Positions 13,432 to 26,736 of a DNA stretch of 64,000 nt are shown here, one piece after another. The stretch comes from Octopus sinensis. Lineage: Eukaryota. The notes below the pieces were generated by a model. That model was given only the letters and a program-made list of their open reading frames with translations. It made no database searches and was not told where the DNA came from. Numbering within the stretch: the stretch's first letter is position 1; each line of letters opens with the position of its first letter. The stretch lies in assembly GCF_006345805.1 (NCBI RefSeq), contig NC_043013.1:14384001-14448000 (forward strand), written 5' to 3'. A program made the position numbers and the translations under genes.

Positions 13432-15575
13432 AATTACAGATCAATAACATGCCTATCAACATCCCACAAAACCCTAACATCAGTCATCTATAACCAGCTT
13501 ATAAAGTACCTGGAAAATGACAATGTTTTAGCAGAAGTGCAAAAAAGGGTGCCAGAGAGGGATGTATGTTTGTAAAGAGCAACTTCTAGTAAACCAAGCC
13601 ATAATAGAGAACTGTAAGAAGAAAAAGACAAACATGAACATGACTTGAATTGATTACCAGAAAGCATTCCACAGTGTTCCACACTCATAGATACTGGAAT
13701 CCATCCACACAAATATGGTACTACACTACCACTACTAAAATATATTAAACATGCAATGGCAAACTTGAAAACCAGTATAACATTAAAAAATGACTCACAA
13801 GTTATTAAAACCTACCCTGTACCCATAAGAAGAGAGATTTCCCAGGGAGACTTACAGTCACTCCTGCTTTTCTGTCTTTCTCTGACCCCACTAACAAACT
13901 TGTAAAACAAAACCACCATGGGTTATAGGTGCTATGGACAAAAAATAAGCCATCTCCTGTACACGGATGACCTAAAACATTTTGCTAAAAGCACCATGGA
14001 ACAGAGAAACCTTGTCAAAATTGTTCAGAGTTTCAGCAATGACATCGGAATGAGATTGGGCTGGACAAATGTGCCAAAATCACACTGAGAAAAAGCAAAT
14101 TATTCAGTACTGAAAACACTGCACTTAACATAGAAACAGAAACTAGAGAATCAGATTACGAGCACCCATACAAATATCTAAGAATAGACAAAAGAGCAAA
14201 ATTACAACACAGAAATGAAAGAGAAAATTTGGAGAGAATATTACAGAAGAGTTAGACTAATATTAAACATTGAACTTAATAAGATAATGGGGATAAGCAT
14301 GCTAGCCATACCAGTTGTAAATTACAGTTTTGATATAATAAGCTGGAAGGCTAGTGAATTGAGAAACCTAAATAGAAAAACCAGAAAACTACTAACAACA
14401 TACCAGTCACAACCCCAAAGCAGATGCAGAAAGGATATATCTACCCCATTCAGAAGGAGACCATGGTCTTATACAGATAGGGAATTACTATAAAATAACA
14501 ACAGTTAGATTGCAGATAATGGAAGACTACTGCAAGAAAAAATGGAGAGAAAAATCACTTCATGACAGAAATGGAGGGACAAAAAACAACATGAAAATAA
14601 GTACGAAGAAAAAACAATCTGACAAAAGCTCTGGACTTGAAAACTGAAGCAGAAGGACTGATTCTTGCTGCACAAGATCAATACCTGACTACAATTATCA
14701 AAACAAAATAATGAAAAAAGCTTCAACACCAAATGCAGAATGTGCAACCAGCACAATGAGAAAGTTGACATCATTTTGTGATGCTCAGTTCTTGCCAAGT
14801 ATGAATATATATATAGACACAACAGAGTAACCAGTTATATCCACTGGACAATATGCCAACATTACAACATCAAAACTGACTACAGGTGGTATTAACATGT
14901 GCCAAGCAAGGCCACAATCATCTGGGATATGCTGGTTCAAACTAACAAAAAAAATAAAACTGAATCTCCCAGACATAATAGTCAAGGATTGGGAAAAAAA
15001 CATCTGCTTACTGATAGACATTGTGGTCCCTTCTGATCAAAATATTGTCAAAAATGAAGTGGAAAAGTTGTCAAAGTACAAAGACCACGAAATTGATGTA
15101 TTCAAAATGTGGTGTATACCAATGATAGAATATTGGGCATGATAAAAGAAGATATGAACAAAAACTTAGAAGCTATACTTAGATCCTCAACATTACACAC
15201 TGTCGAAAAAATAGCCTTGCTGGGAACAGTCCACATCCGATGCAAGACACTATCAATCTAGTAATACAATCTAAACAAAACAACCCACAAATGCTAGATA
15301 CACTCTATACAGCATTTATCCAGTGAAATAAACCCCCACCAGCAAGTTAAGGTACCAAATCATTCCACACTCAACACACAATACAAGCAGTAACATGACA
15401 AAAGACAGCACCACGCTTTAAAGAAAAGAAAAACTAACAAAATAAAGTACCGGAAAGAGCTTGCACACCCCCAACAGCAGAAAAGAACACACACTACTAT
15501 ACAGTCCTGCAACAAGGAGGAGTAGCAGGTGATGCAATAGAAATTTACCTCAATCTATGAAATATGGAACAATTA
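13432..15575 (+). mobile_element. 5'-truncated, decayed R4/Dong-like (REL-endonuclease) non-LTR retrotransposon
   Basis: NYRSITCL, WIDYQKAF-like, YTDDLK, CRMC zinc knuckle, RHNRV, PDIIVKD...LIDIVVPSDQN; (TAA)n at the 3' end. Confidence 0.85.
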
Positions 15576-15846
15576 AATAATAATAATAAAATTTGGGGGG
15601 AAGGGATTGTTGATTACATCAACTCCAGTGTTTCACTGCTACCTAAGTTATAATAATTTTCTACAATAGAGAATTCATGCAAGAGTACCAGGCTCTAATT
15701 TTATTACTGTTTGATAATAACTCACAAAGATCATGTTGCCAACACCTTACTTAGAGGAAGAGTTCTTAAGTAAAAGTTTAAGATGCTATTACAGTATTAT
15801 TATAATTGTTAAGATATCTAATGTCTTTTCATTTGCTTTGTTTCAG

Positions 15847-15979
15847 GAAATCCCAATTGTAAGGAAAACAACAGCACATGTCCCACTGAAATCACTACTT
15901 ATAGCGCAATAATTTTGATGTGTATATATGTTTTACTAACAAATATTTTACTTCTCAATCTATTAATTGCCATGTTTAG
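15847..15979 (+). CDS. TRPM: TRPM-family channel exon: outer pore loop and S6 (phase 1-2)
   Basis: tttcag acceptor and GTAAGA donor. Encodes GNPNCKENNSTCPTE...YVLLTNILLLNLLIAMF. Confidence 0.95.
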
Positions 15980-18084
15980 GTAAGAACTTTTATTTTACAT
16001 GTGTATGAGTGTGTGTGCTAATTAAGACTTAGTATGAGGTAACATACGTTAATGGATTTCATTGTTAAATAATTGAAATGTAATCAAAATGGAAACATAA
16101 GATAAAACTTTTAACTCATATTCTTCACACACCCACCATCCACAGCTGAACTCTCTTCCATTCTCCCTCACGTACCTATCCACACACACTGCATGCCTTC
16201 ACATATTTACCATACCCACCTCCCAACTTCTCCAATTCCTCTTAACAGCTCTTGCTATTTTTTGTTATCTCAAAACATCTCCCCTCACACTCTTAAGGAA
16301 CATCCCCATCTTTCCCCTCTATGCTACTTATACTACCCTCACTGTTCCCTGTGGTCAGGCCCTCTCTCTATCACTTTGACTGTCTCTCTATCTCTTTCTC
16401 TCTCCCTAACTCTTTCCTTGTCCTACCAAGGTTGCCAAGTATCTCCTTGATAGTAAGTGGGCTACTTTTGATCTAAGATGTCCCATCATACTCTATTCCT
16501 TTGGTTCCATTCACACTCTCTCAGCTGAGAAGTCCTTGTCTAGCAAACTTGCAGGTGCTGGTACCACATAAAATGAACCTGTGGCAATGCCACACATAAA
16601 GCACTTGTGCCAGTTCCATGTATAAACCACCCATGCTGTTGCCACATATAATGCACCCTTGCTGGTACCTCATAAGTAGCACCAAGTATGCTCTGTAGAT
16701 TGGTTGTCATTAGGAAGGGCATCCAGCCATAGAAACCATTCCAGAATAGACAACTGAAATCTGGTGTAGCTCTCTGGTTTGCCAACTCCTATCAAATTGT
16801 CCATCAATGTCAGCATGGGAAATGAACATGAAAAGATGATGACGATGACGACATTTCTTATTGTTGTAAGAAAATCCAGAACATTACCATAAGAAAATGT
16901 TTTTAAAATAGTCACCAGTTAATGTTCTGTATAAGTTTCTCTCTCTCTCCCCCCTCTCTCTCTCTCTCTCTCTTTCTCTCCACCTCAAACTACATTCATA
17001 GGTACTGGATACTGATACAATGAATTCTCAGAACCAAACTGTAGCTTTTAAATGCTTTTACTCCTGGTGTCACAAAATGTATACAAGTTGAATAAATCAC
17101 AAAAGGTATTTACAAGCGAAAGGCCATGTTCAACTTCTGTGTATCATATGTCATGGCTACTCAAAGACTATTAGTTGTTGTGTACCTCATGCAAGACCTA
17201 AGGAGTTTATGTCCTTGCACACTACTGATTCCGGTGACAAAGAGGAAGAACCAAGTCCCTGGAACTTCAAAGTTACATGCTATGCCACTTAGTGGCAAGC
17301 TATTTAGACAACTTCTGTCAGGGGAGATAACTGTGCCTGCGCCCCTTCCTTAGACCGCGAATGGTTGAACAAAAGGAAGGTGGGCGAAATGTATGTGTGC
17401 AATGGAAAGGCACAGAAAAATGAAATATAGTAAAACAGGTGTTTGAACAATGCATGTGTACAAACACAGATGAAATATGCAGAAAGAAATGTCTGTTCTT
17501 GTAGAGAACAAAATGTATGATACACAGAATCCGAACTATGACAGAACAAATGAAAAATACAGTGCAGATGTGTACAAAAAACGAAACATTCAGCAAAGAA
17601 AGCAAAGAAAGCTTCATGGTGCTTGTGGGGTCTTTTGATGTTACAATTTGTGTTAATGTGTGTGTTTGGGGTGGTAGTGTTGGTGAAAATAGTGCTGGTG
17701 TAGGTTGCTGGTGGTTGTGTCTGTGTTTTGCTGCTGTTGAATTGTTCTGCCTGTGTGTGCCTACCCTCTTTCGTTTTGCGTTTTCTTTTTCTTTGGAGGA
17801 CCATGTGCCAGTCTTCCTTCCCATCCTCAAAAGGGGTTCAGAAAACAAAACAACTCAACAAAATTCAAGAAACACAACAATTAATAACCACTTATGGAGA
17901 GCTCCAAAAACACACCCAACCAAGGCACAACAACAACAACAATAATAGTCAGTTCTTTTATTAGCCACAAGGCCTCAAATACAGTAACATTAAATGACAT
18001 GATAACACATAAAAAGACAAAAGCAGGAAAATACAATAGGTTTTACAGCATGTAAACAATAAATAACAAGTAAATTAAACAAAT

Positions 18085-18922
18085 AGGCGCAGGAGTGGCT
18101 GTGTGGTAAGTGGATGGGATGGAAGCACACCGTCGGTCATGACGATGAGGGTTCCGGTTGATCCGAATCAATGGAACAGCCTGCCCGTGAAATTAACGTG
18201 TAAGTGGCTGAGCACTCCACAGACACGTGTACCCTTAACGTAGTTCTCAGGGATATTCAGCGTGACACAGAGAGTGACAAGGCTGGCCCTTTGAAATACA
18301 GATACAACAGAAACAGGAAGTAAGAGTGAGAGAAAGTTGTGGTGAAAGAGTACAGCAGGGATCACCACCATCCCCTGCCGGAGCCTCGTGGAGCTTTAGG
18401 TGTTTTCACTCAATAAACACTCACAACACCCGGTCTGGGAATTGAAAGCGCGATCCTATGACCGCGAGTCCGCTGCCCTAACCACTGGGCCATTGCGCCT
18501 CCACATATATATATATATATGTATGCATGTGTGGTAAGTAGCTTGCTAAACAAAAACATGGTTCTGGGTTCAGTCTCACTGCGTGGCATCTTGGGCAAGT
18601 GTCTTCTTCCATAGCCCCGGGTAGACCAAGGCCTTGTGAGTGGATTTGGTAGACGGAAACTGAAAGAAGCCTGTCATATATATGTATATATATATATATA
18701 TATATATGTATGCATGTGTGTTTGTGTGTCTGTGTTTGTCCCCCTAGCATTGCTTGACAACCGATGCTGGTGTGTTTATGTCCCCGTCACTTAGCGGTTC
18801 AGCAAAAAGAGACCAATAGAATAAGTACTGGGCTTACAAAGAATAAGTCCTGGGGTCGATTTGCTCAACTAAAGGCGGTGCTCCAGCATGGCCGCAGTCA
18901 AATGACTGAAACAAGTAAAAGA
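18085..18922 (+). mobile_element. SINE family A host, interrupted by a nested SINE
   Basis: Head stops at 18111 and resumes at 18540; TGTGTGGTAAGT is duplicated at 18100-18111 and 18528-18539. Confidence 0.85.
18112..18527 (-). mobile_element. tRNA-derived SINE (family C) inserted in the SINE A head
   Basis: Minus strand begins GGAGGCGCAATGGCCCAGTGGTTAGGGCAGCGGACTCGCGG (tRNA-like). 12-bp target-site duplication. Tail shared with 52680-52790. Confidence 0.85.
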
Positions 18923-18949
18923 AGAAAGAAGAAGAAGAAATTAAAACTC

Positions 18950-19960
18950 CCAATAGGGCAGGCGCTTTAAAGTCATCGTGGAAAACCCCACAAAACCCAC
19001 AGCTGACTGATCAACAGCGAAAGAGCCCTTCTCGTTTAATTCCCTTTTTTTACAGGTCCACGCTCATAATTGGTCCTTTCACACTGGCCATTCTTTCAAC
19101 ATTCACCCACCTTTCAGCAAACTTGCTAGAAGACAACACTTCCCTCTTCACCCTCAACTTTTTTTTCAAGTGAAACTTGAAAAAGTTGATGAGGGCTTGG
19201 CCTAAGAGGAAAGTGGCTATCTTAAGCCCTTTCAAACGTGTCCACCATACTACCTCTTTTGCTACAATGGGTCCTCCTCAGCACCTGGAGAGGCAAGTTC
19301 ATGCTGTCCAACAGCATCGTGGGGTGATGGATAGGCAGTCCTGTTAAATTGCTCAGAGTCTAGTTTGGTCCAGACCTCCAGGTGAAGAAAAACTGGGACA
19401 AGGTGACAAGCAGGGTAGCCAGTCTCACCCAGAAATGGGCCTAGATGAAGCTGTCCCTGAAAGGTCACGTGATGATGGCAAATGCATACTTTGCATCCAT
19501 CACCCATTACCACTTGACCATCGTCCCTTGTCCTGTTTGCTGGTTGGCAAAGCTGGCACGCTTACTCTTCCACTTTCTGTGGAAGGAGCACCTTCCACTG
19601 GTCAGGTGTTCCACTGGTCAGGCGTTCCATCTGCTGTCAACAACCACTGAATGGAGGGCTGGGCATACCGTGGTTGCTGATGTACTCAGGTTATGACATC
19701 TCCAGCATTTCCTTGATAGTGAACAGATATGGTTGCCATTTGTAAGACTCACTTTTCCCTAGCTCATCTCTTTGATAGAGCTGCAAACCTAAATTAGGCG
19801 TAGACCAAGGAGGGGTGGTCGGCATGTTGAGTGCCATCAAGCACTCACAGCTCTCAACCAAGTGGGCAATGTGGTTGGTGGTAGTTCCACTCTAGCGTTC
19901 TTTAGAGGGTTAGTGGAGTGAAAGTGTGACAACATTCTCAGAGAAACTCTAGGTGTCGAT
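18950..19960 (-). mobile_element. Decayed L1/Tx1-like LINE 3' portion
   Basis: KGLKIATFLLGQALINFFKFHLKKK...ERWV and the 3' UTR are homologous to 20340-20610. Confidence 0.7.
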
Positions 19961-19989
19961 AAGGATCAACTAGCCAGTCTGTTTTGAAG

Positions 19990-20760
19990 AACTTTTGGGC
20001 CTGAGCCTATGAATAACTTCCAGAAATCTCTTGCCTGGCAGTATTACCGAGGGGCACTGCCTGTCCAGGATAAATTTTACAGACATGGAAGTGCCACCAG
20101 CCGGGCCTGCCCAAGGTGCACCCAGAGTGATAAAACTGTTCTGCATGCCATTGTCCAGTGTTCAAGTATTGCTGACCTGTGGGTTTATGTCGAACACCTG
20201 TTCTCACATGCAGGACAGTTCCAGCTATCAGCTGAATCCATAGTGAAGATTGCCCCACCACCCTCCTTTGGCTGTGAGGGGCAACAAGTTTTTATTTATC
20301 TGGTGGCTGTAGCAAAGGAGGTATTATGGTGGACTCGTCTGAAAGGGCTAAATTCAGACACTTTCCTCTTTGGCCAAGCCCTCACAAACTTCTTCAAGTT
20401 TCACTTGAAGAGGAAAGAGAGAGTGGAGAGTGAAGTGTTGTCTTCTAGCAATTTTATTGAAAGGTGGGTGAATGGAAGAATTGCCAGTGTGAAAGTACCA
20501 ATTCTGAGCATACACCTACAAAAAAGGAAATTATAGGAGAAGGGCTCTACCCTGTTGATCAGGCACCTGTGAGTTTTGTGGGGTTTTCCACGATGATCTT
20601 AAAGCGGCTCCCCCAACTTCAATTTTTCATTGCTTTTTTATAATGTTTATTTGATTCGAAAATCCATTGTATCATCTTGTGTGGTCGTTTATGTTTGTAT
20701 CATGTAATTTTATGTATCTTTACATTAGCCTTTGTGGCCAATAAAAGAATAAATTATTAT
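19990..20760 (+). mobile_element. L1/Tx1-like LINE 3' end with C-terminal zinc finger (zf-RVT-like)
   Basis: ORF 20009-20536: WQYYRGALPVQDKF...CPRC...TVLHAIVQC; AATAAA and an ATT tail near 20740-20762. Confidence 0.8.
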
Positions 20761-20764
20761 TACT

Positions 20765-21950
20765 GTTATTTAAATAGAAAGTCAGGGTAATTGCATGGAC
20801 AGTAGACAAACTAAACAGCTTAGATTGAAAGACAAGGAAGTTGCTAACTAGATATGGGCCACTCCACCCAAAAAGTGACACAGATTGACTATATGTACCA
20901 AGAAAAAGAGAGGGAAGAGTACTTATTGGATGCGAACACAGTATTAGAGCAGGAGAAAACAACGTAGCATGGTATGTAAAATATGCCACAGAACCGCTAT
21001 TACTAGAAGTAAGAAGGTCAGGCTTGTGTAGGATGAAAGACTGCAAAGATAAAGCACAGTAGAAGCAATTGAAAATGAATGAAACTGAAAATAGGTGGAT
21101 AAAGATAAGAATGCATGGTCAATTTCATAGGGATAGTGAAAATAAGACAGACAGAGAAAAAAGATGGCTGTGGAGGACTAAAAGTGATTTAAAACTAGAG
21201 ACAGAGGCTCTAATCTGTGCTGCCCAAGAGCAAACACTAAGAACAAACTACATAAAATACAGAATAGACAACACAGCAGAAAGTGATAAGTGCAGAATCT
21301 GTGGACAAAACGGTGAAAGTGTATGGTATATTACCAGCCAATGTACGCCACTTGCCCAGAAGGAATATAAGAGATGCCACAATAATATAGCCAGGCTTGT
21401 CCATTGGACACTTTGCAACAAGTATGGACTTGACAAAGCAAAAAATTGATATGACCACAAACCTGAAGGCATCGTCAAAAACAGAAATGCAAAGATCCTG
21501 TGGGATTTTATGATTCAGTATGACCATGAGATTGAGAATAGGAAGCCAGACATAGTATTAATTGAGAAAGAAAACAAACTATGCTGGATCATAGACATAG
21601 CATATCCAGCTGACAACAAGGTATGCGATAAGGAAGAAAGAAATGTTGAGAGATATGACAAGTTAGCTTGGGAAGTTAAGCAGTTGTGGTCGATGAAAAA
21701 GGCAGCAGAAGTACCAATAATTGTTGGAGCCCTGGGAACAGTGTGCAAAAATCTCAAGAAGTACGTGGAACAAATAGGGGCTGCAATAAGGGTGGAGCAC
21801 TTGCAGAAAACAGCACTGCTTGGAACTGCTCGAATACTCCAGAAGGTGCTTGAAAAATAAGGGGTGTTACCTTAGTTCACTGGTAGTGTACAACTGACAC
21901 TGTAGTACATATCCAGCATTAGAAGCTGTGCAAAGGCAATAATAATAATA
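20765..21950 (+). mobile_element. 3' part of a REL-type (R4/Dong-group) non-LTR retrotransposon, second family
   Basis: YVPRK-EGR, CRICGQNGES..YITSQC, HNNIARLVHW, RKPDIVLIE...IIDIAYPADN; (TAA) tail at about 21940. Confidence 0.85.
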
Positions 21951-22984
21951 GGGATATTTCTCTTACTGTCTCTGTCCCTCTTTCTCACACTGCCCATCCT
22001 TGATAAATCTCTCCTAACACATAAACCTACCAGAGAATTCAGCTCTCTTTTCAACAAGCACATTGACTTCAACTCTATCTGAAAATTTATTCTCCTCTTT
22101 GATGATATATATTTGCTATTTCTAAATCTTGATACTGACTCAAAGTAGCCAGCTCAAGGACCTCTAATGACACTCTATGTGGAAATAACTGTGTAAATAA
22201 GAATAAACCTCTTTTTTTTATATTTCTTGTAAAAGGCTGGGCCGAACGCCTTGTGGTGCTTTGACTTTTCAAATCCCTCAAAAGACAACATTACCTTTCA
22301 CCATTACAATGATTTGTCCAGTGCTTATCCAGGGAAGTGTAACTGTAGAGAATCAGGCAAAATGCCCGGCAGTATTTATTCTAGATTTCTGTTCTCCCTG
22401 CAGAGCCTACAATAACACAGATATCAAAACTCTGTTGGCGCAAGTTGTCAGGCTTTTCTTCTGATAAACATCAGCAGCATGGATGTATGGGTGAAATACA
22501 CATGTATGGGTAACTGCTCATCTCCTACAAAACTGCTTGACTGGGTCTGGTCAAACATATAAAAATGCCTGTTCAGCCTTGATTGGCAAAGGCCCTGAAA
22601 ATTTACAGAAATATTGATTGCCAGTACTGTTGCCAGTACCTCCTGACTGGCCATCGTGCTGGTGGCACGTAAAAGCAACCACTACACTCTCAGAGTGGTT
22701 GGCGTTAGGAAGGGCATCCAGTTGTTGAAACTCTGCCAGATCATATTGGAGCCTGGTGCAGCCATCTTGTTTGCCAGACCTCAGTCAAATCGTCCAACCC
22801 ATGCTAGCATGGAAAGCAGACGTTAAACGATGATGATGATGATGATGATGATTGATGTGATATAAATATAGAAATAAAGTTAATTCATTTGTAGTTGAGT
22901 GATAATAAAATTGATCTGACTTTATTGAAATCTCAATATGAAAATTAGTTGTACTCCATAATATTTTCTGTTTTCCCTTTTCAG

Positions 22985-23175
22985 TTCTACTTATGAAAAA
23001 GTTCAGAAAAAAAGTCATCTCCACTGGTCCTTCCAAAGATATGACATTATCAATGAGTTTTCTATCCGCCCTCCTTTGCCTCCTCCATTTATAATACTCA
23101 GTAACATCTACCAATTTTGTCGTTATCTGTATCAAAAGACAAAAGATCAGGGGCCTGGAATAAAATACGTATTTT
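22985..23175 (+). CDS. TRPM: TRPM-family channel exon: TRP helix and box (phase 2-1)
   Basis: ttttcag acceptor and GTAAAT donor. Encodes STYEKVQKKSHLHWSFQRYDIINEFSIRPPLPPPFIILS...KYVF. Confidence 0.93.
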
Positions 23176-24861
23176 GTAAATATCTTTTTCTTTGTTTTAT
23201 TTCTATTATTTGTGATTTTCCAAATTTGTACTTCTGCCTATTATTGGATACAGTTTTTACTGTTAGAGATATTTTGCATCACTCTACAACATAACTGAGG
23301 TGTCTGCAAGAAATCTGTTTGTTAGTCACTAACAGCAGGGGTATATGCCATAACAAAGGATCCTCTAAAACTTTACCCAGGTATTACTGCTATAATCCAT
23401 AGCCACAACAGCCTAATTATCTTCATAACCACTACACTTTATTCACTGCATTGCCTCTATAACTCTTTGTGTTACCATTATGCTTCATAAACTCTTATAT
23501 ATGCAACTTCATTCCACAGCCACTACATTGTTACCTGTTTGTTAGAACTAAACCCTCTAGCAACTACATTATGATATATGTACTACCAATCTGTTAGTGC
23601 ATAACACAGACACACACACACACACACACACATGCACACACAAGGAGACAGAGGTGCATACATATACAAACACACGCTCACACACACATACATAGTAAAT
23701 ACACAAACATGGACATGCAAGCACATGAATATACAGGATACATACATACAGATGCACACACACACACACACATATATACATACATACACATGCATACATA
23801 CATACACACATACATTCGTACATGCATGCACAAACAAACAAAAGGGAATGCAGTGTAAATAACAGAGTCAAGACTATTGAAAAGGTTGCAAGACGCAACA
23901 AAAGTTTTAGGAAAATAGAAATAAGAAATAAGTGGAAATTTTACCAATGAGTGTATTACATTATAAGGACAAAAAAGAAAATGACTCTCCCCAGACACAA
24001 CAGAATCCATGTCATTGCTATACTTCATAAACACACTACAACATTTTTCTGGTTTCATGTCTTCAAGATCAATCCACCCGTTTCTTGTATTTAATGGATT
24101 ATTACTACACTTCATAGCAAATGCAAATTTATCTTAGCACTGCATTCAATAACCAGTACGACATAATCTCTTTTTAAAACTATGTCCTAGTTACCACAAC
24201 CTTATCTATGTTTTAACTCCACAGCAATTGTATGTATATATTTGCATTACTTCTACATTATATGGCCACTGCATTGTCTACAGGTTACGATTACACTCCA
24301 TTGCTGCTACAACTTTCTGTTACTATTAAACTCTACAGCCTCGACATTATGCACATAACAGCACTTACATAATGTAATCCAATGCAACGTTTTCTCTAGA
24401 TGTACACTGCAGTCTATAACCACTAACTTTTTATAAGTGTACTCCATTGTACTTCATTACTACAATGATTGTTACATCAACATTATCTAACCAAACAGCA
24501 TTTACTATTTAACTCTGTAGCATCTCCAACATTATCTCATAGACCTTATAACTACGTCTGCAGTATTTCCATTTTGCCACTACCTTTCAAAGCTACTACA
24601 ATTTCATCTCCATGTTATCATTATACTTTATCATCACTAGAGCTTTATATAACCATTACCAGTGTACTCTACAGCCACTGCAGTTTTATCTTTCCTTAAC
24701 TGCTACACTCCATAATCTCTTGTAGAACATTATGAGTTGCAACTACACTCCTTAAACATTACAACCTTGTGTGTTTATCTTGACACTCTGTAACCACTAC
24801 AACTTATCTAGAATAACTTTTTATTTCAATAATTAATTGCTGCTATAACTTTCTTCCACAG

Positions 24862-24970
24862 CACATAAATATGACCATGGTGATGCAAGCAAATTACTTG
24901 AGTGGGAGCATAAGATGGTTCAGTCTTACCTCTCAAGGCAGCATAAACCTGACAGTAATGACAAGGATTT
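24862..24970 (+). CDS. TRPM: TRPM-family channel exon: rib helix (phase 1-2)
   Basis: ttccacag acceptor and GTAAGT donor. Encodes HKYDHGDASKLLEWEHKMVQSYLSRQHKPDSNDKD. Not in the ORF track; phases fit both neighbours. Confidence 0.9.
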
Positions 24971-25919
24971 GTAAGTGATTTCATTTTCAAATTTATATGC
25001 ATTAAGCTGATGTTCTGACACTAGCAAAACAATTTTCTCAAGAAAAAAATAATAAGGGTAGGATGTAGTTGACCAAATACACTTGAGAGCATAGTATACA
25101 TTTCATTTGCTCTGACTGGTTAATGACAAAGTTGATTCTAACGGAATTAAAACTTTAAGTTGAGAATAGAACAAAATGGCAATGACCTGATAGAGTTTCA
25201 AGTATCCTTGTTTACTACCTTACAAACATGAAACTTGATTCAACTTTATAACAGCTCATGAGATAATAACTGACATCTTTGTCTCAATAAAGGCATTAAA
25301 ACTTATCTGTTTATTTTCAAGGCTTCATTTATTCTTATTGGGTCTACTTTACTTTGTTACCCATAGAACTGTATGAAAAAATGTTATGTCTGAATTCCAA
25401 AGAAAGATATCAAGCCAACTCTACAAGTTTGAATTTCCTTTATTGCATTCTCCTATTTATTGTTAGGAGGATTGATCAGTTAAGTGTTTTAACCTTGAAC
25501 TCATGCAACACCAGTGACAAACTACAAACACTTAACCATTAGTTCTATTTGTACTATATCCTATTAACTTGCAACTTTGTCCTTTTCCTCAAATAACTTT
25601 TTCAGTGGTTAGAAATTGACAATAATATTCTTCAATTGTGAATATTTTGTCTGATCTCAGTATAATTATTTATACTGACAAACAATAAAAGGAAAATGTC
25701 AATTAATTTAACAGGAAGGATTTGAGTTTTGCTTATAGCTTCATATTGGTTTTTAATTTTGTGACATAAAAAATTTTCTTGAGTGAAATCATCAGTTGAA
25801 AACAGTAACTGATATGTTATGCGTCATCATCATCATCACTGTTTAATGTCCACCTTCCATACTGGCATGGGTGGAACTAATGATAGGAATACTCCATCAT
25901 TAAGTATGTTTATTTCTTT

Positions 25920-26140
25920 ATTGCCCACAGGGGGCTAAACATAGAGGGGGTAAACAAGGACAGACAAAGGGATTAAGTCGATTACATCGACCCCAGTGCA
26001 TAACTGGTACTTATTTAACTGACCCCGAAAGGAAGAAAGGCAAAGTTGACTTTGGTGGAATTTGAACTCAGAACTTAATGGCAGACAAAATACCTTTAAG
26101 CATTTCACCTGGTGTGCTAACGATTCTGCCAGCTCACCAC
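25920..26140 (-). mobile_element. SINE family B copy
   Basis: Reverse complement of the 30412-30647 family. Confidence 0.8.
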
Positions 26141-26681
26141 CCTCCATCATTAAATATATTGAGCACAAAACTGATTTATTGTGAACCACTCTACAAGTAA
26201 AAATGGACAAACACTTTTGGACAATGTTGAACATCATCATCATCATCATCAGTAGCAGCATTTAACATGTTTTCTTTACAGGCTTGGGTTGAACAGTTTG
26301 ACAGGATCCCATGAGCTGTAGGGCTGTACCAAGCTCCACTGTCAGCTTTGGCATGGTTTCCATTCCTTGATGCCTTTCCTAATGCCAACCACTTTACAGT
26401 GTGTACCAGACGCTTCTTTCATGCCTCTAGCATTCATAAAGTCACCAAGTAACTGCAACTAGGTACACGGAAGATGGACTATTCATGAATGGAACATTTA
26501 TGATCATTTGAATCCTCAATTAGGACTGACCTGGGATTAAATAACAAAAAAAAAGAAAAACAAGTTATCAATGTTCCAAACTATTTTGTTTTAAGTTCCT
26601 GATTCATTTAAAGGTTTTCATTAAAAATTGCACCCACAGCTTTTAATAAAATCCTTTCAATGTAATATGTTTTCTTTACAG

Positions 26682-26736
26682 AATTAACCAATTAAAATCG
26701 AAGGTAGAAGAATTACAGCACAATGTAGATGAAAAG
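26682..26736 (+). CDS. TRPM: TRPM-family channel 55-nt exon: coiled coil (phase 2-0)
   Basis: ctttacag acceptor and GTTTGT donor. Encodes INQLKSKVEELQHNVDEK, a heptad pattern. Confidence 0.85.

Noticed and set aside
17100-17950. Overlapping 140-170 aa ORFs on both strands
   Set aside because: No recognisable domain. Probably a decayed retroelement or low-complexity sequence; could not be assigned.
18400-18505. tRNA-like sequences (also at about 9840-9896, 30412-30500)
   Set aside because: SINE heads continuing into SINE bodies; no complete cloverleaf.
23169-23174. Alternative phase-0 donor GTATTT for the TRP-box exon
   Set aside because: Only the phase-1 donor at 23176 keeps the frame with the 24862 exon.
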